Positions 51,935 to 62,269 of a stretch of 64,000 bases of DNA are shown here, piece after piece. The notes below the pieces were generated by a model. It did no database searches. It was not told where the DNA came from and saw nothing but the letters and a program-made list of their open reading frames with translations. Positions within the stretch are counted from its first letter, which is position 1. Every line of letters begins with the position of its first letter. The stretch spans positions 704,001 to 768,000 of the forward strand of contig CAVYKI010000009.1 of NCBI GenBank assembly GCA_963769025.1, given 5' to 3'. The position numbers and the translations under genes are program-made. This stretch comes from an uncultured Verrucomicrobiae bacterium. GTDB taxonomy: Bacteria > Verrucomicrobiota > Verrucomicrobiia > Chthoniobacterales > Chthoniobacteraceae.

Positions 51935-52269
51935 GCGGTGCCGTCCCCGAAATTTCCGTCGCCGACGCCGCGCGGCTGCTCCAGTCCGCGACACCGCCGC
52001 GGCTCGTGGATGTCCGCGAGGAGGATGAATGGGCATTCGCACGCATCGCCGGGGCGGAACTGCTCCCGCTCAGCCAGTGGCCGGAGTTGGCGGTGGAAAA
52101 GCTGACGGACAAGTCGCAGCCGCTGCTCATCCAGTGCCATCACGGTGGACGTTCCGCACGCGCCGCGGCGTGGCTGATCGAGCAGGGCTTCACCGACGTG
52201 ACGAATCTCACGGGCGGCATCGATGCGTGGTCCGCCGTCGTGGATCCATCGGTCCCGCGCTACCAGTAG
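51931..52269 (+). CDS. Single-domain rhodanese
   Basis: LVDVREEDEW, QCHHGGRS, NLTGGIDAW. Confidence 0.9.
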   Translation: MSGAVPEISVADAARLLQSATPPRLVDVREEDEWAFARIAGAELLPLSQWPELAVEKLTDKSQPLLIQCHHGGRSARAAAWLIEQGFTDVTNLTGGIDAWSAVVDPSVPRYQ

Positions 52270-52341
52270 GGGTGCCGCCCGGCGCGTCGAACCAGCGCCT
52301 TTCATTTCGCGTCTCATCGGATTCAATTGGGGAGCCGCCCG

Positions 52342-55300
52342 ATGTCGCCCTCACGCACCGCCTCCATTTTTCTCCTCGCCGCGAGCACCCCTCTCGCCGC
52401 TGCGGCGCTGACACCGGAGCAGGCGGAGTTTTTTGAAAAGCGGATCCGGCCCGTGCTCGCGAGCGAGTGCTACGAATGCCACGACGCGAAAAAGCAGAAG
52501 GGCGGATTGCGCCTCGACTACCGGGATGGCTGGAAAAAAGGTGGCGACTCCGGCGACGCCATCGTGCCCGGCCAGCCGGAGAAAAGCCTCCTGCTGAAAT
52601 CGATCCGCCATGAGGACCCGGACCTCCAGATGCCGCAGAAGCGTCCGAAGCTCAGCGACGCCGCGATCGCTGACATCGAAAAATGGATCGCCCTCGGCGC
52701 GCCCGACCCCCGCGACGAACCTCCCAAGCCCGGCACCGCGGTGCCGTGGGAAACCCTGCTCGCCGACCGGAAGACATGGTGGAGCCTCCAGCCGATCCGC
52801 AGAACGGAACCTCCCGCAGTGAAGGGCGCCGCGTGGTCTTCACATCCGATCGATCGCTTCCTGCACGCGAAAATGGAGGAGCGCGGCCTGAAGCCCGCAG
52901 CCGATGCCGACCCGCGCATCGTGATCCGGCGGCTCACATTCGCCCTCACCGGTCTCCCGCCCACGACGGATGAGGTGGCTGCTTTCGTCGAGGCTGCGGC
53001 GCGCAATCCTCAATCCGCCGTCGGTGAAGCCGCCGACCGCCTGCTCGCCAGCCCCCGCTTCGGCGAACGCTGGGCGCGGCACTGGATGGATCTCGTGCGC
53101 TACGCCGAAACGCACGGCAGCGAGGGCGATCCGGAGATCCCAGAGATTTGGCGCTACCGCGACTACCTCATTCGCGGGCTCAATGACGACGTGCCGGTGG
53201 ACCAACTCATCCGCGAGCACCTCGCCGGCGACCTGCTGCCGAATCCGCGCTGGAACCGCGATGGACAGTTCAACGAAAGCATCCTCGGCATCGCGCACCT
53301 GCGGCTCGTCGAGCACGGATTCCAGCCCGTGGACACGCGCGACGAACAGGTAAAGGTGACCGACAGCCAGATCGATGTGGCGATGAAGGCGTTCCAAGGC
53401 CTCACCGTCACGTGCGCGCGCTGCCACGACCACAAATTCGACGCCATCAGCCAGCGCGACTACTACGCGCTCGCCGGAATCTTCGAGAGCAGCCGCCCCG
53501 CGATGGTGACCATCGATCCGCCGGCACTGGTGGCGAAGAACAAGACCGAGCTGACCACGCTGAAAGAAGAGATCCGCACCGCACTTTTCGATGCTTGGAA
53601 AGATGAGCCGCGCCGCATCGCCGCGCGCCTTCTCGCCGAGAATGAACCGGACCCGCGCGCCGGCGCGGAGATGGAAAAAATCACATCATTGGAAAAGCAA
53701 CTCGTCGTCATCGAACAAACCGCCCGCCAACGGCTCGCGGAAAAAAACGACAACCAGAATGTCTCCACCGCGCCGCGTCCGTTTACACGATGGAGCTTCA
53801 CCGGCGACGCGCGCGATTCCGCCGGCACGCTGCATGGCGAGCTCCTCGATGGTGCGGCACTCCGCAATGGCCGTCTCGTGCTCGATGGCAAAAGCGCGGT
53901 CTTCCGTACCGCGCCGTTTCCGAGCGACCTCCGAGAGAAGACCATGGAGGCGTGGGTCAGCCTCACGACGCTCGAACAACGCGGCGGCGGCGTGATCACC
54001 GTCGAGGATGCGAAGGGCAGCGTCTTTGACTCCATCGTCTTCGCCGAAAGGCAGGCGCAGCGATGGGTCGCCGGCAGCAACAACTTCAAGCGCTCGCAAA
54101 ACGCGGGCGGCTCGGCGGAGACTGCGAAGCCAGGGGAGTTCGTCCATATCGCGGCAACGTACCGTGCCGATGGAACCATCGCCCTTTTCCGAAACGGCGA
54201 GCCCTACGGTCAGCCATGGAAATCGGCAACCGAGAGCCCCATCACGTTCGAGGCGGGCAACGCGCGCATCCTTCTCGGCAAAAGGCACACTGGCGGAGGC
54301 AATGCATTCCTCACCGGCGAAATCGATGAGGCGCGCATCTACGACCGTGCGCTTGATCCAGCCGACATCGCCGCATCCTTCCGCTCCGGGCCGGACGCGA
54401 ATGCGGTGAATGCCGCGGAACTCGCGAAGGCACTCACGCCGGAGGAGCGCAGGCGGCGCGATCTGCTCGTGCATGATCTCGCCGCCGCACGGGAGACACA
54501 CCGCGCGCTCTCGCTCGGTTCGCAGGAAAAGGAATGGCGCGCCTTGCAGGCGGACGCGGAGCGCAACCCGGCGAATCCATTCAGCATCTGGGCTTCCCTT
54601 CGCAAGCGCAGCGCCGACGACATGTCGAACGCGTGGCTGTCGCTCGCGAACGCCACGAACCAAGCGCGGGCGCTCGTGGACACGCTGCCGGCCAGCGAGC
54701 ACCCGCCGCTTCGCTGGAACTTCACACAAGAGTCGGCTGACTTTGACCACTGCTTCCACTACGGCACGGGCATCGCCGCAACGCCCGGTCCGTGCGGCGA
54801 CTTTTCGATCGCATCATCCGGCAACCTCGTGCTCACCGGACTCATGCCCGCGGGCGTCGCGACGAACCGACTTTCCGCGAAACACAACGGCGTGGTGACG
54901 ACGCGACAGTTCCGTGTGGAAACCGATTTCATCAGCGTGAAGGCGTGGGGCGGCGGCGGCGCGCAAGCCCGGCTCATCGTGGACGGATACCCGCTCGGCA
55001 CGAACCCCATCTTTCCCCGCGCACAACTCGCGAAGGACGAACCCGGCTGGCTGCGGCTCGACACGAAGTATCGCAAGGGCTCCTGGGCGTATCTCGAATT
55101 CGCAACCACCGGGGACCAGACGCGCCGCGAGAGGAATGCAAAGGACCGTTCGTGGTTCGGCGTGAGCGAAATCGTCTGCCACGACGGAGAGGCGCCGCGC
55201 GATCGCGATTCGGCGACTGCCCCTTTGCTCAAAGGCGACGCACCGCGCTCGGCAAAGGAACTCGCGCTGCGCTACGAGGAAGCCATCGCCGTCGCACTGG

Positions 55301-56424
55301 CCGCGTGGCGCTCGGGCAAACTCGATGAATCGCAACGCCTGTTGCTCGACTTCCTCATCCGCCGCGAACTGCTTCCCGTTTCCCTCTCGCGCCTCGGCGT
55401 GGTGAAGCCACTCGTCGAAGAATACCGCCGCCTCGAAGCCGAAATCCCCGCCGCACGCCACGCACCGGGCGTTCTCGAATCCACGGCAATCAACGCCGCA
55501 TTCCTGCCGCGGGGCGACCATCTGAAACCCGGCGAGCCAGTGCCGCGCGGATTCCTCGGCGTGTTCGGCGCGCCAGCGTTCCAGACGAAACAAAGCGGAC
55601 GCCTCGAACTCGCGCTCGCGATGACCGCGCCGCAAAACCCGCTCACCGCACGCGTCATGGCGAATCGCATCTGGCTGCGCCTCTTCGGCCGCGGGATCGT
55701 GGCGACGCCGGACAACTTCGGCCGCATGGGCGAAAAGCCGACGCATCCCGAATTGCTCGACTACCTCGCCACCTGCTTCGCAGGGGAGAATTGGTCGCTG
55801 AAACGCATGGTCCGGTTCCTCGTCACGTCCCGCGCATTTTCCCTCAGCGCCGCCGCCTCGCCCGAGGCGGGCGAACGTGACGCGGCAAATGATCTGCTAT
55901 CACACGCCCGCATCCAGCGGCTCGAGGCGGAGGAGATCCGCGACTCGCTGCTCGCGGTGTCGGGACGGCTGGATTTGCAGATGTCCGGCCCCGGCCTGCC
56001 GAATAACGGCGGCGGCGAGAAGCTGCGGCGCAGCGTCTATCTCACCATCCGCCGCACGGCGTTGAATCCGTTCCTCGAAATCTTCGACGCACCGAAGCCT
56101 TTCACGACGACAGGCCGGCGCGACGCGACGAACGTCCCCGCTCAGTCGCTCACGCTGCTGAATGATCGCTTCGTGATTGATTGCGCGCGCAACTGGGCGG
56201 AGCGGCTCGTCGCCGAAAAGGCGGACGCCACGCCCGATGAGCGCATCCGCCGCATGTTCGCGACGGCATTCGCACGCGAGCCTTCGACACACGAAATTGC
56301 GGCCAGCAGGAAGTACCTCGAAGCCGCGGGCGTCTCCGGAATCGCGCTGCTGCCGGAGGCAGCCGCATGGCGTGACTTCGCGCAGTCCCTTTTTAATGCG
56401 AAGGAGTTCATCTTCCTCCGCTGA
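52342..56424 (+). CDS. Planctomycete cytochrome c / DUF1549 / DUF1553 protein with inserted LamG domain
   Basis: CYECH, FGERWARHWMD, CARCHDHKFD, LamG (WSFTGDARD, TMEAWV, GEIDEARIYDRAL), PTHPELLDYLA. Confidence 0.9.
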   Translation: MSPSRTASIFLLAASTPLAAAALTPEQAEFFEKRIRPVLASECYECHDAKKQKGGLRLDYRDGWKKGGDSGDAIVPGQPEKSLLLKSIRHEDPDLQMPQKRPKLSDAAIADIEKWIALGAPDPRDEPPKPGTAVPWETLLADRKTWWSLQPIRRTEPPAVKGAAWSSHPIDRFLHAKMEERGLKPAADADPRIVIRRLTFALTGLPPTTDEVAAFVEAAARNPQSAVGEAADRLLASPRFGERWARHWMDLVRYAETHGSEGDPEIPEIWRYRDYLIRGLNDDVPVDQLIREHLAGDLLPNPRWNRDGQFNESILGIAHLRLVEHGFQPVDTRDEQVKVTDSQIDVAMKAFQGLTVTCARCHDHKFDAISQRDYYALAGIFESSRPAMVTIDPPALVAKNKTELTTLKEEIRTALFDAWKDEPRRIAARLLAENEPDPRAGAEMEKITSLEKQLVVIEQTARQRLAEKNDNQNVSTAPRPFTRWSFTGDARDSAGTLHGELLDGAALRNGRLVLDGKSAVFRTAPFPSDLREKTMEAWVSLTTLEQRGGGVITVEDAKGSVFDSIVFAERQAQRWVAGSNNFKRSQNAGGSAETAKPGEFVHIAATYRADGTIALFRNGEPYGQPWKSATESPITFEAGNARILLGKRHTGGGNAFLTGEIDEARIYDRALDPADIAASFRSGPDANAVNAAELAKALTPEERRRRDLLVHDLAAARETHRALSLGSQEKEWRALQADAERNPANPFSIWASLRKRSADDMSNAWLSLANATNQARALVDTLPASEHPPLRWNFTQESADFDHCFHYGTGIAATPGPCGDFSIASSGNLVLTGLMPAGVATNRLSAKHNGVVTTRQFRVETDFISVKAWGGGGAQARLIVDGYPLGTNPIFPRAQLAKDEPGWLRLDTKYRKGSWAYLEFATTGDQTRRERNAKDRSWFGVSEIVCHDGEAPRDRDSATAPLLKGDAPRSAKELALRYEEAIAVALAAWRSGKLDESQRLLLDFLIRRELLPVSLSRLGVVKPLVEEYRRLEAEIPAARHAPGVLESTAINAAFLPRGDHLKPGEPVPRGFLGVFGAPAFQTKQSGRLELALAMTAPQNPLTARVMANRIWLRLFGRGIVATPDNFGRMGEKPTHPELLDYLATCFAGENWSLKRMVRFLVTSRAFSLSAAASPEAGERDAANDLLSHARIQRLEAEEIRDSLLAVSGRLDLQMSGPGLPNNGGGEKLRRSVYLTIRRTALNPFLEIFDAPKPFTTTGRRDATNVPAQSLTLLNDRFVIDCARNWAERLVAEKADATPDERIRRMFATAFAREPSTHEIAASRKYLEAAGVSGIALLPEAAAWRDFAQSLFNAKEFIFLR

Positions 56425-56439
56425 TTCAGACCCACCGCC

Positions 56440-57887
56440 ATGCACACGAATCTGCACTCCCCATTTCGCCGTCCGCTGTCCCGCCGCGAGATGTTGCGCA
56501 AATGCTCGCTCGGTTTCGGATCGCTCGCGATGGCCGGGCTTTTCTCCGAGCAGGCGCACGGCGCAGCGCTCCCCTCCCCGCCTCTCCCGCGGCCGCACTT
56601 TCCGCCGCGCGTGAAGCACGTCATTTTCGCCTACATGAGCGGCGGCGTGTCGCATGTGGACTCGTGGGACCCAAAGCCCGAGCTCGCGAAGCGCCACGGC
56701 CAGCCGATGCCGGTGCCGGTGCGACCGACGATGTTCAACAACAACGGCAACATCATGGCGTCCCCGTGGGAGGCAAAACCACGCGGGCAGAGCGGCGTGA
56801 TGATGACCGATCTCTTTCCGCGACTCGCGGAGATGGCGGACGACCTCGCCGTCATCCGCTCGATGACCTCGACGGTGAATGAGCACGCGCAGGGGAATTA
56901 CTATTTTCACACCGGCTTCCCATTCATGGGCCACCCGAGCGCGGGCGCGTGGGTGAATTACGGGCTCGGCATCGATGAACAGCAACCTGCCCGGCTTCGT
57001 CGTGCTGCAGAGCGGCGGCGCGACTCCTCCGCACGGCGGCGTCGGCCTCTTCAGCAGCGGCTACCTGCCCGCGCAGAACCAGGCGAGCATCCTGCGCGTG
57101 GACGGCGAGGAGGCGATGGCCAACATCAAGCCGCGCGAAGCCGACGCCTCACAGCGCCAGCGCCTCGCGTTCATCGGGGAACTCGACTCCGCATTTTCAA
57201 GGGACACCGGCGACGCGCAGGTCGAGGCGGCGATCCGCAATTACGAAACCGCCTACCGCATGCAGTCCGCCGTGCCGGAACTCCTCGACCTCCGCGGCGA
57301 AAGTGAAGCGACGCGCAAACTTTACGGCCTGGACTCGAAGCACGCGCAGACCGCGAGCTACGGCACGCAATGCCTCGTCGCGCGGCGGCTCATCGAACGG
57401 GGCGTGCGTTTCGTCGAACTGAGCTGCCTGACACAAAAGCATCGGCGCCGGCAACGCACCGAACCCGTGGGACCAGCACGGGAAGCTCAAGGAAGGTCAC
57501 GGCGCGATGGCGAACCAGGTGGACCAGCCGCTCGCCGGGCTCATCACCGACCTGAAGGCGCGCGGCCTGTGGGACAGCACGCTGATCATTTTCTCCGGCG
57601 AATTCGGACGCACGCCATTCTCGCAGGGCAGCGACGGGCGCGATCACAACCCGAGCGGCTTCAGCACGTGGCTCGCGGGTGGCGGGATCCGGGGCGGCAC
57701 GACTTACGGCGCGACGGACGAACTCGGCTACTACGCCGTGGAGGATGTCGCGAGCATCTACGATTTCTACGCGACCGTGCTGCACCTGCTCGGCATCGAC
57801 CACGAGCGGCTCACTTATCGTTTTGGCGGCCGCGACTTCCGGCTCACGGATGTCTCCGGACACGTGATCAAGAGCATCCTGACGTAG
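56440..57887 (+). CDS. DUF1501 protein (Tat signal), two apparent +1 frameshifts
   Basis: [36 protein letters not shown]; shifts near 56975 and 57440. Confidence 0.88.
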
Positions 57888-57909
57888 CTATCTGCTTACG
57901 CCGTGCGCT

Positions 57910-58404
57910 TCAGCGGACGCGTTGCGGGCTGGCTTTGGATCTGGTGTTCGTCGCGGCGGCCCGCATGAGGAGGAATGTTGCGGCTCCCGCCAGCGCCGTA
58001 GCGCGGAAAAAGGCGAACGCGACCGACTCGACGATCCGTCCGACGCCGCTTCCGGGAAGGATGCCGAGGAGCCGGAGGTCGAGGCAACCGCACGCGATTT
58101 TCAGCCCGCGCATCCACGCCTGACCGGTGGCGGCGGTGAAGACCACGAAGAGGATCAGCGCCCATGCGAGCGCGCCGGACGTCCGATGGTTTGCGAGGAG
58201 CAGGAGGCCGCAGAGGAGTTCCAGCCACGGGAGCACGATGGCTGCGATTTTAACGCAGACAACGGGAAGCGGGAGCCGGTAGGCGAGGAGCGAGGTGAAG
58301 AATTCGTGCGGGTTTGCGAGCTTCCCCAACGCGGCCCAGATGAGCACCACGCCGATGAGCCATCGCAGCGCAACGGTCCAGTTCGAGCGGGAGGTTTCAC
58401 TCAT
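57910..58404 (-). CDS. MauE/DoxX family membrane protein
   Basis: [39 protein letters not shown]. Confidence 0.88.
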   Translation of the reverse strand: MSETSRSNWTVALRWLIGVVLIWAALGKLANPHEFFTSLLAYRLPLPVVCVKIAAIVLPWLELLCGLLLLANHRTSGALAWALILFVVFTAATGQAWMRGLKIACGCLDLRLLGILPGSGVGRIVESVAFAFFRATALAGAATFLLMRAAATNTRSKASPQRVR

Positions 58405-59006
58405 GGCGCAGCTCCCGTTGCCGGCGTTGCATCGGGCTCCATGACCATCCATTCCGCGTAGCCGGACGGCATCTCGCGGACATCGGTGTACCCGAACTGC
58501 CCGCCGAGCAGCACAGCCGCCTCGTGTGCGAGCCTGCAGCGGATGCTGGCGCAGTAAAATACGAGCGGCTTGCCCTTCGGGATGCTGGCGGTGAATCCCG
58601 CGATCCTTTCGTTGAAGGCATCCACCGGCAGCGAGATCGCGCCGGGAATGTGACCCGCTTCGTACGCGAACGTGTCGCGTACATCCACGAGGACGATTTC
58701 GCCTTTCGCGAGCAGCGGCTTCACTTCCGCCCATGCCATCGTCGCGGGAAGTTTCTGGCCCATCGCAGGGCGGACGGCAGCGGGATCATCCGGCAGGATG
58801 AGCGCGGCGAGCGTTTCGTTGTGCAGCGCCGGTTCGGGAGCGCCGGAGGGCATCGCTGCGTCCGCTGCGGGCAGCGGAACGGAGGCGCGCTCTGCCCATC
58901 GCACACCGAGCGGGCTGGCGGCGTTATAGGCGGAGCCGAGGCACACGGCGGCCATGAAAATGAACGCACCATCGCGGAGGAACTGGAAGACGGAGATGCG
59001 TGTCAT
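58401..59006 (-). CDS. Membrane-anchored rhodanese-like protein
   Basis: N-terminal TM plus NAASPLG; LVDVRD..YEAGHIPGAISLP; YCASIRC. Confidence 0.88.
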   Translation of the reverse strand: MTRISVFQFLRDGAFIFMAAVCLGSAYNAASPLGVRWAERASVPLPAADAAMPSGAPEPALHNETLAALILPDDPAAVRPAMGQKLPATMAWAEVKPLLAKGEIVLVDVRDTFAYEAGHIPGAISLPVDAFNERIAGFTASIPKGKPLVFYCASIRCRLAHEAAVLLGGQFGYTDVREMPSGYAEWMVMEPDATPATGAAP

Positions 59007-59383
59007 TGCGGCTTTGCAGAATTTGCCGGCTTGATGCTCAGCGATACATTTTCACCCGCAACGGCCCACCCCTTCCCTTCCCGATGAAACCAGATGCGCA
59101 GCTTCGGCGGCGGTGTTCCGTGGAGAACGGCGGAACTGATCGGCGGAGCCTGCACGGTTTCGCCGAGCCGGACCGCATACACGCCGTCGCTCACCGTCAG
59201 GCTGATGTCGCCAGACGACCAAAGCGTGGCTCCGTGCTCGCCGATGAGGGCGAATTTGAAACGGCCGGTTCCCGCAAATGGAATACCGTCCACACGGAGC
59301 CTGCCTTCGTAGTACACCACGTCGGCCAATGCCGGGGTGGCCACGAGCAAAGCCATCGCGAAATATTTCAGAAGCGGATTCAC
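59003..59383 (-). CDS. Small secreted hypothetical protein
   Basis: Signal peptide ending ALA-D; beta-rich mature domain; stop overlaps the next ATG. Confidence 0.7.
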   Translation of the reverse strand: MNPLLKYFAMALLVATPALADVVYYEGRLRVDGIPFAGTGRFKFALIGEHGATLWSSGDISLTVSDGVYAVRLGETVQAPPISSAVLHGTPPPKLRIWFHREGKGWAVAGENVSLSIKPANSAKPQ

Positions 59384-59540
59384 GAGAGGTTGGCGACGGA
59401 AGCCTTCATGGACTCAGTGCCGCCGAGCGTGCCGTCCACCGGGAACGTCCGCAAGCCGGATGCGAGACCGGGCCGTGGCTTCTCGACATTCAGCGTGCAT
59501 CGCAGGGGACTAACCGTTCACTGTTGCCGCACTCGCCCGC

Positions 59541-62240
59541 ATGAAAATCCTCGTCCCTGTACTAGCACTCGCCATGGCTGTCCCCGCACGTTCCGCAGAA
59601 GAGAAGCCCGCGCAGATTCCCGGCGTCGCGTTCGTGCGCAAGGTCGGACCCATTTCAGAATACCGGCTTGAAGCGAACGGGCTGCAAATCCTGCTGCTGC
59701 CGGAGAAATCCGCGCCGGTGGTGACTTTCATGGTGACGTACCGTGTCGGCTCGCGAAACGAGGTGACCGGCACGACAGGCGCGACGCATCTGCTCGAACA
59801 TCTCATGTTCAAGGGCACGGAAAAATATGACCGGAGCAAGGGCACCGGCTTTGACCAGGTGCTCGAACGCGTGGGCGCGGAGACGAATGCGACGACGTGG
59901 CTGGACCGCACCAACTACTTTGCAACAGTGCCCGCTAATGCGCTGCCGCTGCTTGTCGAGTTGGAAGCCGACCGGATGCGCAATCTCGCGCTGCGCGAGG
60001 AAGACCGCCGGCCGGAGATGGTCGTGGTGCGGAATGAATTCGAGCGCGGTGAGAACGACCCGCGCAACGCGCTCGACAAGGAACTGTGGAGCGCGGCGTT
60101 TCAGGCTCATCCGTACCACCACGACACCATCGGCTGGCGCAGCGACATCGAGAAAGTGCCGATCGCGAAACTGCGCGAATTTTACGACACCTTCTACTGG
60201 CCGGACAACGCGACGGCGACCGTCATCGGAGAGTTCGCGCCGGAGGCGGCGCTCGCGGAAATCCAAAAGCACTACGGAGCGATCCCAAAGGCGCCGCATC
60301 CGATTCCGCAGATTTATACCGAGGAACCGGAGCAGACCGGGCCGCGCCGCGTCATGGTGAAACGCGGCGGCGAACTCGGCGTCGTGGCCATCGCTCACAA
60401 GACACCGGCGGCGACGCATCCCGACTGGCCCGCGGTGGAAATCCTGCGCACGATTTTGACGACGGGAAAAACGAGCCGGTGCTACCGCGGGCTCACGGAC
60501 AAAAACCTCACGACGGACGTGGGTGCCCATCTCGGATTCACGCATGATCCCTCGCTGCACATCACGATCGCCGAACTCACGCCCGGAACCAAGCACGAGG
60601 ACGTGGAGAAGCGGCTCATTGGTGAAATCGAGCGCCTCAAGAAGAACGGTCCCACTGAAGCGGAAGTCGCAACTGCCGTCGCGAAAATGCTCGCCGAACG
60701 CGCCTATGGCAGCGACGGCTCCTATGCGCAGGCGGAGCAAATCAACGAGTGCATCGCCGTCGGCGACTGGACGCTCTACGTGACGATGGCGGAAAAATTC
60801 AAGGCGGTCACGGCGGCGGACATCGTGCGTGTCGCCAACGCCTACTTTGTCGAAAAGCGGAGCGTGACCGGGTGGTTCGTGCCGTCGAAAGAGGACGAAG
60901 CCACCGCAGCCAAGAACGACGCGGACGAAAAGCCTCCACTGAAGGCTGTAGTTGCAGCAAAGGCCCCCGAGCAGATGCTCGCACCGCCGGCCGCCACGAA
61001 TTACGCGGGCACGGTGATCCGGGAGAAAGTCGCTGGCATCGACCTGCTCATCTGCCGCACCGGCGTAAAGGACGTGGTGACGCTGAGAGGCAGCATCGCC
61101 GCAGGCGAAAACGCCGCTGCGAATCCCGCGCTCCCGCACCTGACTGCTTCGATGCTCCAGCGGGGCACGAAGCAGCGGGATCAGTTCGCCATCGCGGAGT
61201 TGCTGGAAAAGGCAGGCGTGACTTTTGATCTGAGGGTGAACCCCGACACCGTGGAGTTTGAAGCGAAGCTTCTCCGCAAGGACGTGCCCCTGGTGGTGTC
61301 ACTGCTCGCCGAGCAGATGCGGACACCGGCATTCGCAGCGACGGAGCTGGCAAAGGCGAAGAAGCTGCTCACCGCCCAGGCGCGTCAGGTGCTCGACGAT
61401 ACGGACGAGCAGGCAGCCATCGCGTTTTCGCAGGCGGTGTTCCCCGCCGGGCATCCTTTGCGGCGCGCGGGCATGGCGGAACTGATCGCGGCCATTGAAA
61501 AGACGAAGCTGACGGAAGTACGGGCGTTTCACGGAGCCTCCTATGGATCCGACGCGATGCGACTCGTGGCGGTCGGCGACATCGATCCCGCGGCGTTCAA
61601 GGCGGAAGTGGCCAGGCATTTCGCGGGTTGGAAAGGCGGTCGCATCCCGAAGGCCGCGGAGGCACCGCCCGCGACGGGAGGCGAAAAGACCGTGCAGCTT
61701 GCCGACAAGTCCAGCGTGAGCGTGATCATCGGCCAGACGAGCGGGCTGCGCGCGGGCGATCCGGACTGGATCCCGCTGAACATCGCCAGCGGAATCCTCG
61801 GCCGCGGATTTACGAGCCGGCTCGTCGGCAATGTGCGCGATCGTGAAGGCCTGACGTACGGCATCGGCACGGCCCTCACGGACGATTCGTTCCACGCAGG
61901 CTCCTGGGTCACGAAGGCGACCTTTGCGCCCGTGCTGCTGGAACGCGGACTGGCGAGCACGCGCCGGGAAATCGCCGGATGGTGGAGCGAGGGAATCACC
62001 GCGGATGAGTTGGATTACCGCAAGAGCGTGGCGGCGGGACGTTTTGCCGTGCTCCTCGAGACGACACACGGTCTCGCCGAGCAGCTCCTCCGCTGCGCTG
62101 AACGTGGCCTCGATGTTTCGTGGTTGGACGAATTTCCCGCGAAGGTGCGGGCACTCGAACTGCAGGCGGTCAACGCCGCGGTGAAAAAGCACCTCGAGCC
62201 TGCAAAGATGGTGACGGTGAAGGCGGGCACGCTTCGCTGA
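59541..62240 (+). CDS. M16 (pitrilysin/PqqL-like) zinc peptidase, secreted
   Basis: HLLEHLMFKG zinc motif, NATTWLDRTNY, second-half SRL..NVRDREGLTYG. Confidence 0.93.
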   Translation: MKILVPVLALAMAVPARSAEEKPAQIPGVAFVRKVGPISEYRLEANGLQILLLPEKSAPVVTFMVTYRVGSRNEVTGTTGATHLLEHLMFKGTEKYDRSKGTGFDQVLERVGAETNATTWLDRTNYFATVPANALPLLVELEADRMRNLALREEDRRPEMVVVRNEFERGENDPRNALDKELWSAAFQAHPYHHDTIGWRSDIEKVPIAKLREFYDTFYWPDNATATVIGEFAPEAALAEIQKHYGAIPKAPHPIPQIYTEEPEQTGPRRVMVKRGGELGVVAIAHKTPAATHPDWPAVEILRTILTTGKTSRCYRGLTDKNLTTDVGAHLGFTHDPSLHITIAELTPGTKHEDVEKRLIGEIERLKKNGPTEAEVATAVAKMLAERAYGSDGSYAQAEQINECIAVGDWTLYVTMAEKFKAVTAADIVRVANAYFVEKRSVTGWFVPSKEDEATAAKNDADEKPPLKAVVAAKAPEQMLAPPAATNYAGTVIREKVAGIDLLICRTGVKDVVTLRGSIAAGENAAANPALPHLTASMLQRGTKQRDQFAIAELLEKAGVTFDLRVNPDTVEFEAKLLRKDVPLVVSLLAEQMRTPAFAATELAKAKKLLTAQARQVLDDTDEQAAIAFSQAVFPAGHPLRRAGMAELIAAIEKTKLTEVRAFHGASYGSDAMRLVAVGDIDPAAFKAEVARHFAGWKGGRIPKAAEAPPATGGEKTVQLADKSSVSVIIGQTSGLRAGDPDWIPLNIASGILGRGFTSRLVGNVRDREGLTYGIGTALTDDSFHAGSWVTKATFAPVLLERGLASTRREIAGWWSEGITADELDYRKSVAAGRFAVLLETTHGLAEQLLRCAERGLDVSWLDEFPAKVRALELQAVNAAVKKHLEPAKMVTVKAGTLR

Positions 62241-62269
62241 GCGCGTGGCGCGCATCCGGGTGGCACGCT

